Below are positions 19,398 through 29,432 of a DNA stretch of 64,000 nt, piece after piece. The stretch covers positions 35,596 to 99,595 of the forward strand of contig CBDUMZ010000005.1 in NCBI GenBank assembly GCA_965368465.1, written 5' to 3'. How positions within the stretch are numbered: position 1 is the stretch's first letter; every line of letters starts with the position of its first letter. The DNA comes from an uncultured Chromatiales bacterium (GTDB lineage: Bacteria; Pseudomonadota; Gammaproteobacteria; Steroidobacterales; Woeseiaceae). The notes beneath the pieces were generated by a model that was given only the letters and a program-made list of their open reading frames with translations, was not told where the DNA came from and did no database searches. The translations under genes were made by a program, and so were the position numbers.

Positions 19398-22067
19398 CTA
19401 CAACGTCACCGGATCCGGACGATCCGGATCGATGCCGTATTTCCTGATTGCCTCGGCGACCGTCTTCGTATCCAGTACGCCGTCGTCGGCAAGGGCGTTG
19501 AGCGCCGTAATCGTGATAAAGCGCCGGTCGACTTCGAAATGTTCACGCAAGGGCTTGCGGGCATCGCTGCGGCCGTAACCGTCGGTGCCGAGTGACGAGA
19601 AATGACCCGGTACCCAGCCCTGGATCTGGTCTGCGACGATCTTCATGTAGTCGGTCGCCGCAACATAGGGTCCGGGACGGTCGCCGAAGCACTGCGCAAT
19701 CCATGACTTGCGGGGTTTTTCTTCAGGGTGCAGGTGGTTCCAGCGTTCGACTTCGAGCGCGTCGCGCCGCAGTTCATTGAAACTCGTTACCGACCAGACA
19801 TCGGCGACGATGCCAAAGTCGTCCATGAGCAACTCGGCAGCGCCGATAACTTCGCGCAGGATCGTTCCCGAGCCCAGCAGCTGCACGCGAATCTTGCCCT
19901 GGCTGATGCTGATGTCCAGCGGGTACATGCCGCGCAGGATGCCTTCCTCGACACCGGCCGGCATCGGCGGATGCGGGTAGTTCTCGTTCATGCAGGTGAT
20001 GTAGTAAAAGACGTCCTCCTGCTCGCCGATCATGCGGCGCAGCCCGTCCTGCACAATGACGGCCAGCTCGTAGGCGTACGTCGGGTCGTATGACCGGCAA
20101 TTCGGCACCGTCGACGCCGCAACGAGACTGTGACCGTCCTGGTGCTGCAGGCCCTCGCCCGCCAGCGTCGTGCGCCCTGCCGTACCACCGATCAGGAAGC
20201 CGCGCGTCTGCATGTCGCCGGCAGCCCAGATGAAATCGCCGACGCGCTGGAAACCGAACATCGAGTAGTAAATATAGAACGGCACCATCGGTACGTCGTG
20301 ATTCGAGTACGCGGTGCCCGCCGCGATCCACGAACACAGGGCGCCACCTTCGTTGATGCCTTCTTCGAGAATCTGGCCCGTCTTGTCTTCGCGGTAGTAC
20401 ATCAGCTCGCCCGCGTCCTGCGGCTCGTACAACTGGCCTTTGGACGCGTAGATACCAACCTGCCGGAACATGCCCTCCATACCGAAGGTCCGCGCTTCGT
20501 CAGGCACGATCGGCACGATATGTTTGCCGATCTGCTTGTCGCGCGTCAGTGCCGTGAGCATGCGTACGAAAGCCATGGTCGTCGATGCTTCGCGCTCACC
20601 CGTGCCTTCGAGTTGTGTGCGGAACGTCTCGAGTGGCGGCACGGGCAGCGAGGTCGATTTGGCACGCCGCCGTGGCAGGAAGCCGCCCAGTGACTGGCGA
20701 CGCTCCATCATGTACTCGTACTCGGCGCTGTCCGGCGCCGGCTTGAAGTAAGGCACGCGGTCGCCGATTTGTTCGTCGCGGACAGGAATGTTGAAGCGAT
20801 CGCGGAAGGCCTTGATCTCCTCGAGATCCATCTTCTTCTGTTGGTGAGCCGTATTCTGGCCCTCGCCCGCGGTTCCCATGCCGAAGCCCTTGACGGTCTT
20901 GGCGAGGATGATGGTCGGGCCACCCTTGTGCTTCATGGCCGCGTCGTAGGCTGAATAGACCTTGAGCGGATCGTGGCCACCGCGATTCAGGCGCCAGATC
21001 TCGTCGTCGGACATGTTCGCAACCATTTCCGCCGTCTCCGGGAACTTCGCGAAGAAGGTGTCGCGCACGTACTTGCCGTCCTTGGACTTGATCTTCTGGT
21101 ACTCGCCGTCGACGGTCTCTTCCATGACCTGGCGCAGTTTGCCGGAATGATCGTTGGCGAGCAGCGGGTCCCATTTGGAACCCCAGATCACCTTGACGAC
21201 GTTCCATCCGGCGCCGCCGAATGCCGCCTCGAGTTCCTGGATGATCTTGCCGTTGCCGCGTACCGGGCCGTCGAGACGCTGCAGGTTGCAGTTGACGACG
21301 AAGACGAGGTTGTCGAGGCCCTCGCGCACGGGCATCGTGATCGCGCCCATCGACTCCGGCTCATCCATCTCGCCGTCACCCAGGAAACACCAGACCTTGC
21401 GATCCGACGGCTCGGTCATGCCCCGGTTTTCCATGTAGCGCATGAACCGCGCCTGGTAGATCGCCATCATGGGGCCAAGGCCCATCGATACGGTCGGGAA
21501 TTGCCAGAAATCCGGCATCAGCCATGGATGGGGATAGGAAGACAGCCCCCCGCCGCCGACTTCCTGGCGGAATCGGTTCAGGTCTTTCTCGGCAAGGCGA
21601 CCTTCGAGAAAGGCTCGCGAGTAGATGCCGGGCGCGGAGTGTCCCTGCACGAACACCATGTCGCCTTCCTGCTTGTCGGTCGCCCCGCGCCAGAAATGAT
21701 TGAAGCCAACCTCGTAGAGCGTCGCCGAGGAGGCATAGCTAGAGATGTGGCCGCCGTACTCGGTCGTGATCCTGTTGGCATTGACGACCATGGCCATCGC
21801 GTTCCAGCGGATGTAGGCCTCGATGCGGCGCTCCAGCGAGCGATCGCCCGGGTATTCCGGCTGGCGGGCTGTGCCAATGGTGTTCAGGTAGGCCGTATTC
21901 GGGGTGTACGGCAGGTAGGCACCCGAGCGGCGGGCATAGTCGATCATGTGGTTGAGCAGGAAGTGGGCCCGCTCCGGACCGTGTTGTGACAGTACGGAGT
22001 CGATCGACTCCAGCCACTCGCCCGTTTCCGTTGGATCAATATCGTCGAAGGGATTGAAACTGCTCAT
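19398..22067 (-). CDS. aceE: Pyruvate dehydrogenase E1 component (homodimeric type)
   Basis: 889 aa. DPTETGEWLESIDSV at the N-terminus, ThDP motif GDGEMDEPES, and length and order typical of aceE-aceF-lpd. Confidence 0.96.
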   Translation of the reverse strand: MSSFNPFDDIDPTETGEWLESIDSVLSQHGPERAHFLLNHMIDYARRSGAYLPYTPNTAYLNTIGTARQPEYPGDRSLERRIEAYIRWNAMAMVVNANRITTEYGGHISSYASSATLYEVGFNHFWRGATDKQEGDMVFVQGHSAPGIYSRAFLEGRLAEKDLNRFRQEVGGGGLSSYPHPWLMPDFWQFPTVSMGLGPMMAIYQARFMRYMENRGMTEPSDRKVWCFLGDGEMDEPESMGAITMPVREGLDNLVFVVNCNLQRLDGPVRGNGKIIQELEAAFGGAGWNVVKVIWGSKWDPLLANDHSGKLRQVMEETVDGEYQKIKSKDGKYVRDTFFAKFPETAEMVANMSDDEIWRLNRGGHDPLKVYSAYDAAMKHKGGPTIILAKTVKGFGMGTAGEGQNTAHQQKKMDLEEIKAFRDRFNIPVRDEQIGDRVPYFKPAPDSAEYEYMMERRQSLGGFLPRRRAKSTSLPVPPLETFRTQLEGTGEREASTTMAFVRMLTALTRDKQIGKHIVPIVPDEARTFGMEGMFRQVGIYASKGQLYEPQDAGELMYYREDKTGQILEEGINEGGALCSWIAAGTAYSNHDVPMVPFYIYYSMFGFQRVGDFIWAAGDMQTRGFLIGGTAGRTTLAGEGLQHQDGHSLVAASTVPNCRSYDPTYAYELAVIVQDGLRRMIGEQEDVFYYITCMNENYPHPPMPAGVEEGILRGMYPLDISISQGKIRVQLLGSGTILREVIGAAELLMDDFGIVADVWSVTSFNELRRDALEVERWNHLHPEEKPRKSWIAQCFGDRPGPYVAATDYMKIVADQIQGWVPGHFSSLGTDGYGRSDARKPLREHFEVDRRFITITALNALADDGVLDTKTVAEAIRKYGIDPDRPDPVTL

Positions 22068-22237
22068 ATTTTCTCGGCCCGGCCTTTGCCCAGGTTGGTC
22101 TGCGCTGTGCGTGAATTACGTGGTGCGTCCTGCTAGGATGCCCGCAACCTTGCACGGGCCAGATGGATCGCATATGGGGGCGACATATTCGGTGTTTGTG
22201 AGACAAGGGTCAAGCCTGACAGGGAGTTAATATTTCG

Positions 22238-23746
22238 ATGCAAAAGATCCGGCCAGACATGCATGATCTTCGTATATATCAAAAGCTTGGGCGTGTTGAT
22301 GCAAAATCCCTGGAAAGCGTCGATCAGTTACTTTTGATACTACCTGCCAGGCCTTCGAAATCGACCTTCGCCAAGCTGCCGCAGGGTGCGAAAATGCTGG
22401 CTGTCTACCGCAAACACGCGGCAGGATCGACGCCCGCCTTCACCACGCGACTCACGAACGCCAAACAGACGCTGGTCGTCGCCGGCACCATCGCGGCCGA
22501 TGCCGACGCGTTCGAGCAACTGACCCTCGGGCGCAAACTCGTTGCGGCTGCAACCGACCAGAAAGCCGGAACCCTCGGCATTTGCGCAATCGGCTTCGAC
22601 ACTGACGCGCAGGCTGAACTCGTCAAGAACGTCCTGGCCGCCGCGCTGGCGGCAGCGTTTCGACTCCCGGCCTTCAAGCGCGAGCCGGTACCGGACAAAA
22701 TCAAAAACATCCGCCTGCTCGGCCTCGACGAGAAGCTCGACACCGCGCGCGTGGAAGCCGAAGCCAGGGGTAACAACCTGGCCCGCTGGTTGACGACGCT
22801 GCCCCCCAATGTCCTCGACGCCCGTCATTACGCGGACCTCACCAAGACCATGGCGAAAGAGCATGGCTGGCAATACAAGCGTTTTGGCGTAAAGGAGCTC
22901 GAGAAACTGGGCTGCGGCGCGTTTCTCGCCGTGGCGCAAGGCAACGACAACGACAGTGCCAGCATCGTGCGCCTGCGCTATCGTCCCGGAAGCCGCGATG
23001 CGGCCGTTGACCTGAGCCTCGTGGGCAAGGGCATCATTTTCGATACCGGCGGCACCAACCTCAAGCCTTTCGAGTTCATGCTCGACATGCACAGCGACAT
23101 GCAGGGCAGCGCGGTCGCACTCGGCACGCTCCTCGCCATTAGCGCAATGCGCTTGCCGCTCGCCGTCGACTGCTGGCTCGCGATCACGGAGAACCGGACC
23201 GGACCCAATGCCTACAAGTCGCAAGACGTGGTGACGGCCGCAAACGGCAAGACCATCCAGACCGTGCACACCGACGCCGAAGGCAGGATGGCCCTGGCCG
23301 ATACACTGGTGCTCGCGAGCCGCGATAAACCCGGCATGATTATCGACTACGCAACCCTGACAGGCAGTTGTATTCGTGCCCTGACGTCACGCTACTCGGG
23401 CGTGTTTACCAACCGCAGTGAACTGCACCCGGTCCTCAAGCGTATCGGTCGCAACAGTGGCGAACGCGTCTGGCCCTTCCCGATCGGCAAGGAGTTCATG
23501 GAAGACCTCAAGAGCAATACGGCCGATTTCCTGCAGTGTTCGCCGAAGGGCGTCGGCGACCACATACTGGCGGCCAGCTTCCTCGCGGAGTTCATCGAGA
23601 ACGATGTGCCCTGGGTGCACATCGACCTGGGCGCGGGCGACAACGCCGGGGGCCTCGGCCATATCCCGTCGAAGTTCACAGGTTTCGGCGTACGGTATAC
23701 GATGAACGCCATTCTCGATGAGAACCTGCTCAAGGCTAAACCCTAA
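22238..23746 (+). CDS. M17 (leucyl aminopeptidase) family metallopeptidase
   Basis: GKGIIFDTGG, DMQGSA, HTDAEGRMALAD, ATLTGS: the M17 catalytic-domain blocks. Confidence 0.88.
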   Translation: MQKIRPDMHDLRIYQKLGRVDAKSLESVDQLLLILPARPSKSTFAKLPQGAKMLAVYRKHAAGSTPAFTTRLTNAKQTLVVAGTIAADADAFEQLTLGRKLVAAATDQKAGTLGICAIGFDTDAQAELVKNVLAAALAAAFRLPAFKREPVPDKIKNIRLLGLDEKLDTARVEAEARGNNLARWLTTLPPNVLDARHYADLTKTMAKEHGWQYKRFGVKELEKLGCGAFLAVAQGNDNDSASIVRLRYRPGSRDAAVDLSLVGKGIIFDTGGTNLKPFEFMLDMHSDMQGSAVALGTLLAISAMRLPLAVDCWLAITENRTGPNAYKSQDVVTAANGKTIQTVHTDAEGRMALADTLVLASRDKPGMIIDYATLTGSCIRALTSRYSGVFTNRSELHPVLKRIGRNSGERVWPFPIGKEFMEDLKSNTADFLQCSPKGVGDHILAASFLAEFIENDVPWVHIDLGAGDNAGGLGHIPSKFTGFGVRYTMNAILDENLLKAKP

Positions 23747-24388
23747 GTGTCGAATGAAATCAGAATGGCGGACCGCTTCCGCGGTTTCCTGCCGGTCGTT
23801 GTCGATGTCGAAACCGGCGGATTCAATGCGAAGACCGATGCGTTGCTGGAGATCGCCGCCGTTCTGCTCGAGGTGGACCCGGGTGGATTCCTGAGACGCA
23901 GCGAAACGATCCGCTATCACGTCAAGCCGTTCGAGGGTGCCAACCTCGAGGCCGCATCACTCGCGGTCAACGGCATCGATCCCGACCATCCGTTGCGCCC
24001 GGCAATAGACGAACGCGACGCACTGCAGCGCACGTTTCGTGAGGTCAGGCGTTCGATTCGTGAAAACCGCTGCTCGCGTGCGGTGCTGGTCGGCCACAAC
24101 GCCCATTTCGACCTCGGCTTCCTGAACGAGGCCATCGCACGCTCCTCGATCAAGCGCAACCCGTTTCATCCGTTCAGTTGTTTTGACACAGCCACGCTGT
24201 GTGGCGTTGCGTTCGGGCAGACGGTACTCGCGCGTGCGGCGATTGCGGCCGGGCTCGGCTGGGATGAAACGCAGGCCCACTCGGCATCCTACGACGCCGA
24301 ACAGACCGCCGATCTCTTTTGCGAGATCGTTAATCGATTTCGGGATATCTTCGAGACGTCGCTACGCAACGCCCCGCCGCAGCCCTAG
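23747..24388 (+). CDS. rnt: Ribonuclease T
   Basis: DEDDh exonuclease motifs [28 protein letters not shown] and the RNase T-like N-terminus [12 protein letters not shown] start; an in-frame ATG at 23765 is an alternative. Confidence 0.9.
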   Translation: MSNEIRMADRFRGFLPVVVDVETGGFNAKTDALLEIAAVLLEVDPGGFLRRSETIRYHVKPFEGANLEAASLAVNGIDPDHPLRPAIDERDALQRTFREVRRSIRENRCSRAVLVGHNAHFDLGFLNEAIARSSIKRNPFHPFSCFDTATLCGVAFGQTVLARAAIAAGLGWDETQAHSASYDAEQTADLFCEIVNRFRDIFETSLRNAPPQP

Positions 24389-24402
24389 AAACAGGCACCC
24401 GT

Positions 24403-24708
24403 CTATTCGTCGAGAAGCTTCTTGAGCTCACCCGAATGGTACATCTCGACGACGATGTCGCAGCCGCCGATCAGCTCACCTTTGACGTACAGTTGCGGGA
24501 ATGTCGGCCAGTTCGAATATTCCTTCAGACCCTCACGAATCTCCGGATCCTCGAAAATATTCACGAAAGCGTACGGTTTGCCGATCGCATTGAGTGCCGC
24601 GACCGTCTGGCCCGAAAATCCGCATTGCGGAAAATCGGGTGTGCCTTTCATGTACAGAAGAACATCGTGCGAGCCGAGCTGCTCTTCAATGCGTTCTTTA
24701 ACGCTCAT
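24403..24708 (-). CDS. grxD: Grx4-type monothiol glutaredoxin
   Basis: CGFS active site (PQCGFSGQ), WPTFPQLYV, GGCDI. Confidence 0.95.
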   Translation of the reverse strand: MSVKERIEEQLGSHDVLLYMKGTPDFPQCGFSGQTVAALNAIGKPYAFVNIFEDPEIREGLKEYSNWPTFPQLYVKGELIGGCDIVVEMYHSGELKKLLDE

Positions 24709-24710
24709 TC

Positions 24711-25049
24711 TTATCTTTCCTCAACATCAATCTGGTTAGTGACCGTCTTCACGCCGGCTGTGCTTCTCGCAAGGTCAAAGGCCTGATTGCGCGCAGCATA
24801 GCTGTCGACGGTGCCTGCAAGCGTGACCCTACCGTCATAGGTACGGACACTGATATTAAACGGGCTGACGATCGCGTCTGCGTCGTACTTCGCCCTTATC
24901 TTACTCGTTATGGCGGTATCCGACGCCATAACGCCGGGTTGTCGCTCACTGCCACCGGATTCGTAACTGCCGCCCGTCGATCCACCAAGGACCAGGCCCG
25001 TGCAGCCGCCAAGCGCGGTCAGAAGCAGCAGAATCATCGCGTGGCGCAT
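24711..25049 (-). CDS. BON-domain lipoprotein
   Basis: Lipobox LLTALGGC, Gly/Ser linker, and a single BON domain (DTAITSKIRAKY...VRTYDGRVTLAGTV...AGVKTVTNQIDV). Confidence 0.85.
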   Translation of the reverse strand: MRHAMILLLLTALGGCTGLVLGGSTGGSYESGGSERQPGVMASDTAITSKIRAKYDADAIVSPFNISVRTYDGRVTLAGTVDSYAARNQAFDLARSTAGVKTVTNQIDVEER

Positions 25050-25125
25050 TGAACCCCTCCAAACATTGGCGCGATTGTACAGCCATCCCTATAATACCGA
25101 CAGCCTAAAATCGGAGAAACGAACA

Positions 25126-25740
25126 ATGAACCCCCTCAAGACTATTGGCGGTACGATCATCGCTGGCGTCGTCCTGGCTGTCATTATCATGCTTGTCACC
25201 CGGGGCGACCACATGGTTGCCGGTATGCCTGTTCAGTCGATTACGATCTGGCTGCACGTGTTGTCCGGCATCACCTGGATCGGTCTGCTGTACTACTTCA
25301 ACTTCGTACAGGTCCCCGCCCTCGGCGAGGCAGCCGGCGACGAAGGCGGCCCGGGTGGCGCCGGTATCGCCAAGTACGTTGCTCCTCGTGCACTGGCGTG
25401 GTTTCGCTGGGGTGCACTGGCAACGTGGCTGACCGGTGCCGCATTCCTGCTTCACAAGGGGCAGCTGCACAATGCCTTCATGCTCGGCCTCAACACCGAC
25501 CCGGTCAATCAATACGCCATGACCATTGGCGTCGGCGCCTGGCTCGGCACGATCATGCTGTTCAACGTCTGGGTATTGATCTGGCCGAACCAGAAGAAAG
25601 TACTCGGCATGGTCGAAGCCACGGCGGACCAGGTTGCCAAAGCCAAGAACATCGCGTTCCTGGCATCGCGCTCGAACACGCTGATGTCCATCCCGATGAT
25701 CATGAGCATGGTCGGCGCAGGACATGGCTGGGCCATGTAA
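25126..25740 (+). CDS. Integral membrane protein, HemJ/CopD/PuuD-N-like superfamily (assignment weak)
   Basis: The start at ATG 25126 (MNPLKTIGG) follows GGAGAAA. The track's extension overlaps the BON gene. About five TM segments. WLHVLSGITWIGLLYYFNF resembles the His-containing first helix of the HemJ/CopD/urate-oxidase-N families. Confidence 0.5.
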   Translation: MNPLKTIGGTIIAGVVLAVIIMLVTRGDHMVAGMPVQSITIWLHVLSGITWIGLLYYFNFVQVPALGEAAGDEGGPGGAGIAKYVAPRALAWFRWGALATWLTGAAFLLHKGQLHNAFMLGLNTDPVNQYAMTIGVGAWLGTIMLFNVWVLIWPNQKKVLGMVEATADQVAKAKNIAFLASRSNTLMSIPMIMSMVGAGHGWAM

Positions 25741-25746
25741 AGCAAC

Positions 25747-26601
25747 TTGCTTTCCGAACCAACGAAAGCCTCCATCGGCCCTGGCGTCGCGGCAGCTCTT
25801 GCCGAGGATGTCGGGGCCGGTGACCTTACGGCATCGCTGATCGATGCCGATACCGTCGTGGGCGCGTCCGTCATCGCGCGCGAGTCACTCGTACTCTGCG
25901 GCGAGGAGTGGGTTAACGAGGTGTTCCGCCAGGTCGACGAGAACGTCATCATCGACTGGTACATCGGCGACGGTGGCAGCGCCGAAGCAGGCGACGTCAT
26001 CTGCAAACTCGTCGGTCCCGCGCGAGCGTTGCTTACCGGCGAGCGCACGGCGCTGAACTTCCTGCAGACCCTGTCATCGACCGCGACAACCACCGCCGCC
26101 TACGTCAAGGCGGTTGCAGGAACGGGCGCGAAGGTCCTCGACACACGCAAGACCATTCCCGGTCTGCGGCTGGCGCAGAAATACGCCGTGACCTGCGGTG
26201 GGGGCGTCAATCACCGGGTAGGTCTGTTCGACGCAATCCTCATCAAGGAAAACCACATCAAGTCTGCCGGCAGCATAAGCGCGGCACTGCAACGCGCGCA
26301 CGATACAGCGGCCGACGTGCTTATCGAGGTGGAGGTCGAAAACCATGACGAGCTTCTCGAAGCGCTCGATGCAGGCGCGAGCCGCGTGTTGCTCGATAAT
26401 TTCTCGATCGAGGCATTGCGGGAAGCCGTCGCGACGAACCAAAGCTACGGCATCGTCGGTGCCGAGCTCGAGGCATCCGGTAACGTGACGCTGGATACGA
26501 TTCGTGAAATCGCCGAAACCGGCGTGGACTATATCTCGACAGGCGCGCTGACCAAGAACATCAGGGCGGCGGACCTGTCAATGCTGTTCAGGATCGACTA
26601 G
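25747..26601 (+). CDS. nadC: Nicotinate-nucleotide diphosphorylase (quinolinate phosphoribosyltransferase)
   Basis: AEDVGAGDLT, GERTALNFLQTLS, LDTRKTIPGLR, AVTCGGGVNHR, LIKENH. TTG start. Confidence 0.93.
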   Translation: MLSEPTKASIGPGVAAALAEDVGAGDLTASLIDADTVVGASVIARESLVLCGEEWVNEVFRQVDENVIIDWYIGDGGSAEAGDVICKLVGPARALLTGERTALNFLQTLSSTATTTAAYVKAVAGTGAKVLDTRKTIPGLRLAQKYAVTCGGGVNHRVGLFDAILIKENHIKSAGSISAALQRAHDTAADVLIEVEVENHDELLEALDAGASRVLLDNFSIEALREAVATNQSYGIVGAELEASGNVTLDTIREIAETGVDYISTGALTKNIRAADLSMLFRID

Positions 26602-29255
26602 GCAACCGCACGGGTAACGCGCTTGGGCTCGGAGACGCCATAGCCTTGCGCGTAATCGATGCCCATGCCTTTCAGCATCGTGATGATCTCTTCATTCTCG
26701 GCAAACTCCGCAATCGTGCGCTTGCCCGTCAGATGACCAATTTCGTTAATTGACCGCACCATCTCGCGATCGATCGGGTCATGCAGAATCTCTTTCACGA
26801 AGCTGCCGTCGATCTTCAGGAAATCCACGGGGAAGTGCTTGAGATAGCCGAACGACGACAAGCCGGTACCGAAATCGTCGAGCGCGAACATGCACCCCAG
26901 CTCCTTGAGCGCATTGATAAAGCGATTCGCCTGCGAGTAACTCGCGATGGCAGCCGTTTCGGTAATTTCAAAACAGATCTTGGTGGCATCGATACCACTC
27001 ATCTGGAACTGGTCGACGACAAACGGGAGGAACTTCTCGTCGCCCAGGCTCTGGCCGGACAGGTTTATCGAGCAAAGGGCCAGCCGCTCGCGCTCATCGG
27101 CCTCCGACACGAGCCAGCGAAATGCACTGCGTATCACCCAGCGGTCGATACTCGGTGTAATGCCGTAACGCTCGGCCGCCTCGATAAACAGTCCCGGGGA
27201 GATGATCCCGCCATTTTCGTCGCGCATGCGCAGCAGGATTTCGTAGTGGGCGCCCTCTTCCTCCGCCTGTAATGGCAGGATCGTCTGGCGAAACAGTTCG
27301 AAACGGTTTTCCTCGAGCGCGTTGTTGATGCGCGCCGCCCACTGCATTTCGCGGCGACGCCGCATGAGATCGATGTCGTTTTCCTGGAAGCTGTGAATAC
27401 GATTGCGCCCGGCCTCTTTTGCCGCCGAGCACGCACTGTCCGCGGCCGTCAGCAGCGCTGCCACGTCCTCGTTGTCGGCAGTGATCGGGACGACACCGAT
27501 GCTGACACCCAGTCTGAACGTCCGTTCCTCCCAGACGAACTTGTACTCGCCAATCGCCATGCGCAGCGTCTCGGCCGTGTTCATCGCCTCATCGAGGCTG
27601 CAGCTCTCAAGCAGCACACCGAATTCGTCGCCACCCAGGCGTGCCAGCGTATCGCGCCAGCGGATCTTGGATTTCAGCAGCGTACCGAGCTGGCCCAGCA
27701 ATGCATCGCCGGCACTGTGACCACAGGAGTCGTTCACGATCTTGAACTGGTCGAGATCGAGGTACAGCAATGCGTAGGACGTCTCACGGGCCTTCGCGCT
27801 CTTGAGCGCGCGCTCGACGCGATTCTCGAATTCGGCGCGATTGACGAGACCGGTGAGGATGTCGTGGCTCGCGTGATAGCTGAGGCGTCGATTCAGGTCG
27901 CGCGACTCGCTGACGTCGTGGAACACGAGGACACCGCCTGTAACGCTCGCCTTGCCATCGCGAATCGGTGAGGCCGTGCTCTCGATGTACAACTCGTTGC
28001 CGTCGCGACGGATCAGCAGTGTCGGCCGCACCGACTTGATGGCTCGGTCCCTGCGAATCGAGACCGCGAGCGGGTTCTCGAGCGGCTCACAGGTTTCTTC
28101 GTGGAAACCGCGGAAGATTTCATCGATCGGTCGACCGCTGGCGTCATCCACCTTCCAGCCAGTCAGCTCTTCGGCAACCGGGTTGATGTACTCGACATTG
28201 CATTTCGCGTCGGTCGTGATAACGCCATCGCCGATCGACTGCAAGGTAATCTGTGCGCTCTCTTTCTCGCGAAACAACGCGTCTTCGTAGAGCTTGCGCT
28301 CGGTAATATCGACTTCGACGCCCAGGAGTCGAATCAGGCGTCCGTTCTCGTCGACCACGCACTTGGCACGGCTTTTCATCCAGCGCCAGTCACCGCTCTG
28401 GTGGCGCATGCGATGCACGGACTCGAAAAACGGGGACTTGCCCTCCAGGTGTTCGCGCATGCGTGTCTGCACGCGCGCGATGTCGTCCGGGTGCACGAGG
28501 TTGTACCAGTCGAGCATGACGTCTTCGGCATCCGGATCGTACCCGAGCATGGTCTTCCAGCGGCGCGACAGGTTGATGCGCTTGGTTTCGCCATCGAAAT
28601 CCCAGATGCCGTCGTTCGCCGTCATGGCGATCAGCGAGTTGCGTTCCTGCAATTCGTCGAGGATTTCCCGGTCGCGAACGCGTTCGAGTCCTACGGCCAG
28701 GGAAGAGCCGAACAGTTTCATCAGGAGATGCAGGTTGGCATCCCAACCGTCGACCGTGTGTTCGTCGGCGATGCCCAGGAAGCCGGCGATTTCGCCGTGC
28801 ACCGAGAAGCCGATAATCAGCGCGGCACCGATATGCAGTTCGTGCAGGCGCTCGAGGTCGTCCTTGGCGGCTTTCGGTCCGCTCAGCGTGTCCGCAACCT
28901 CAACCACGCGCAGGTGGCCAAGTCGCCCACGCAACCACGTCCAGTCTTCGAGCTTTTCGCCGGCCAGCAGGCCCGGCTGGCATTGTGAGAAACCCGAGCT
29001 GGATGACATGACGGTCTCGATCGACCGCCCGCTTTCGTCAATGAGCGCAATGAATGCCGCATCGACGCCGGTGGCTTCGGGCAGCTCGTCAACAATGGCC
29101 TGGAGTTGTTCTTCGTAACGCCCCGCCTCGAGATTCTGGACGGCCACGGCAATCTTGGTCTGCAATGCGTCAACGGCGCCGCGCGTGCGCTCGCCGGCGC
29201 GCGGTTTGCGGTGTCGGATTCCCGTGGCGGTCGTGGTGTCGGACGGATTCGTCAT
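26598..29255 (-). CDS. GAF-PAS-PAS-GGDEF-EAL cyclic-di-GMP signalling protein
   Basis: GGDEF motif RLGGDEFGVLL, EAL-domain blocks HYEILLRM, QSLGD, ALDDFGTG, KIDGSFV, QGYGVS. Upstream are a GAF-like domain and two PAS domains. Start chosen at Met14 of the track ORF (uncertain). Confidence 0.9.
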   Translation of the reverse strand: MTNPSDTTTATGIRHRKPRAGERTRGAVDALQTKIAVAVQNLEAGRYEEQLQAIVDELPEATGVDAAFIALIDESGRSIETVMSSSSGFSQCQPGLLAGEKLEDWTWLRGRLGHLRVVEVADTLSGPKAAKDDLERLHELHIGAALIIGFSVHGEIAGFLGIADEHTVDGWDANLHLLMKLFGSSLAVGLERVRDREILDELQERNSLIAMTANDGIWDFDGETKRINLSRRWKTMLGYDPDAEDVMLDWYNLVHPDDIARVQTRMREHLEGKSPFFESVHRMRHQSGDWRWMKSRAKCVVDENGRLIRLLGVEVDITERKLYEDALFREKESAQITLQSIGDGVITTDAKCNVEYINPVAEELTGWKVDDASGRPIDEIFRGFHEETCEPLENPLAVSIRRDRAIKSVRPTLLIRRDGNELYIESTASPIRDGKASVTGGVLVFHDVSESRDLNRRLSYHASHDILTGLVNRAEFENRVERALKSAKARETSYALLYLDLDQFKIVNDSCGHSAGDALLGQLGTLLKSKIRWRDTLARLGGDEFGVLLESCSLDEAMNTAETLRMAIGEYKFVWEERTFRLGVSIGVVPITADNEDVAALLTAADSACSAAKEAGRNRIHSFQENDIDLMRRRREMQWAARINNALEENRFELFRQTILPLQAEEEGAHYEILLRMRDENGGIISPGLFIEAAERYGITPSIDRWVIRSAFRWLVSEADERERLALCSINLSGQSLGDEKFLPFVVDQFQMSGIDATKICFEITETAAIASYSQANRFINALKELGCMFALDDFGTGLSSFGYLKHFPVDFLKIDGSFVKEILHDPIDREMVRSINEIGHLTGKRTIAEFAENEEIITMLKGMGIDYAQGYGVSEPKRVTRAVA

Positions 29256-29432
29256 TACGGGGCAACATTTTGACACGATGCCAAAGGAATACAAGCTAAG
29301 TTCCTGTATTTTTTTGAGTTCTCCAGAGATACGCGACTTAACATAAGCCGCATCGACGTTATTGCGTCAACCATTCCGCCCGTATCTCGTTATAGCCCTG
29401 AACCGAGACTTGAAGAGCACAAGGAGATTGCC

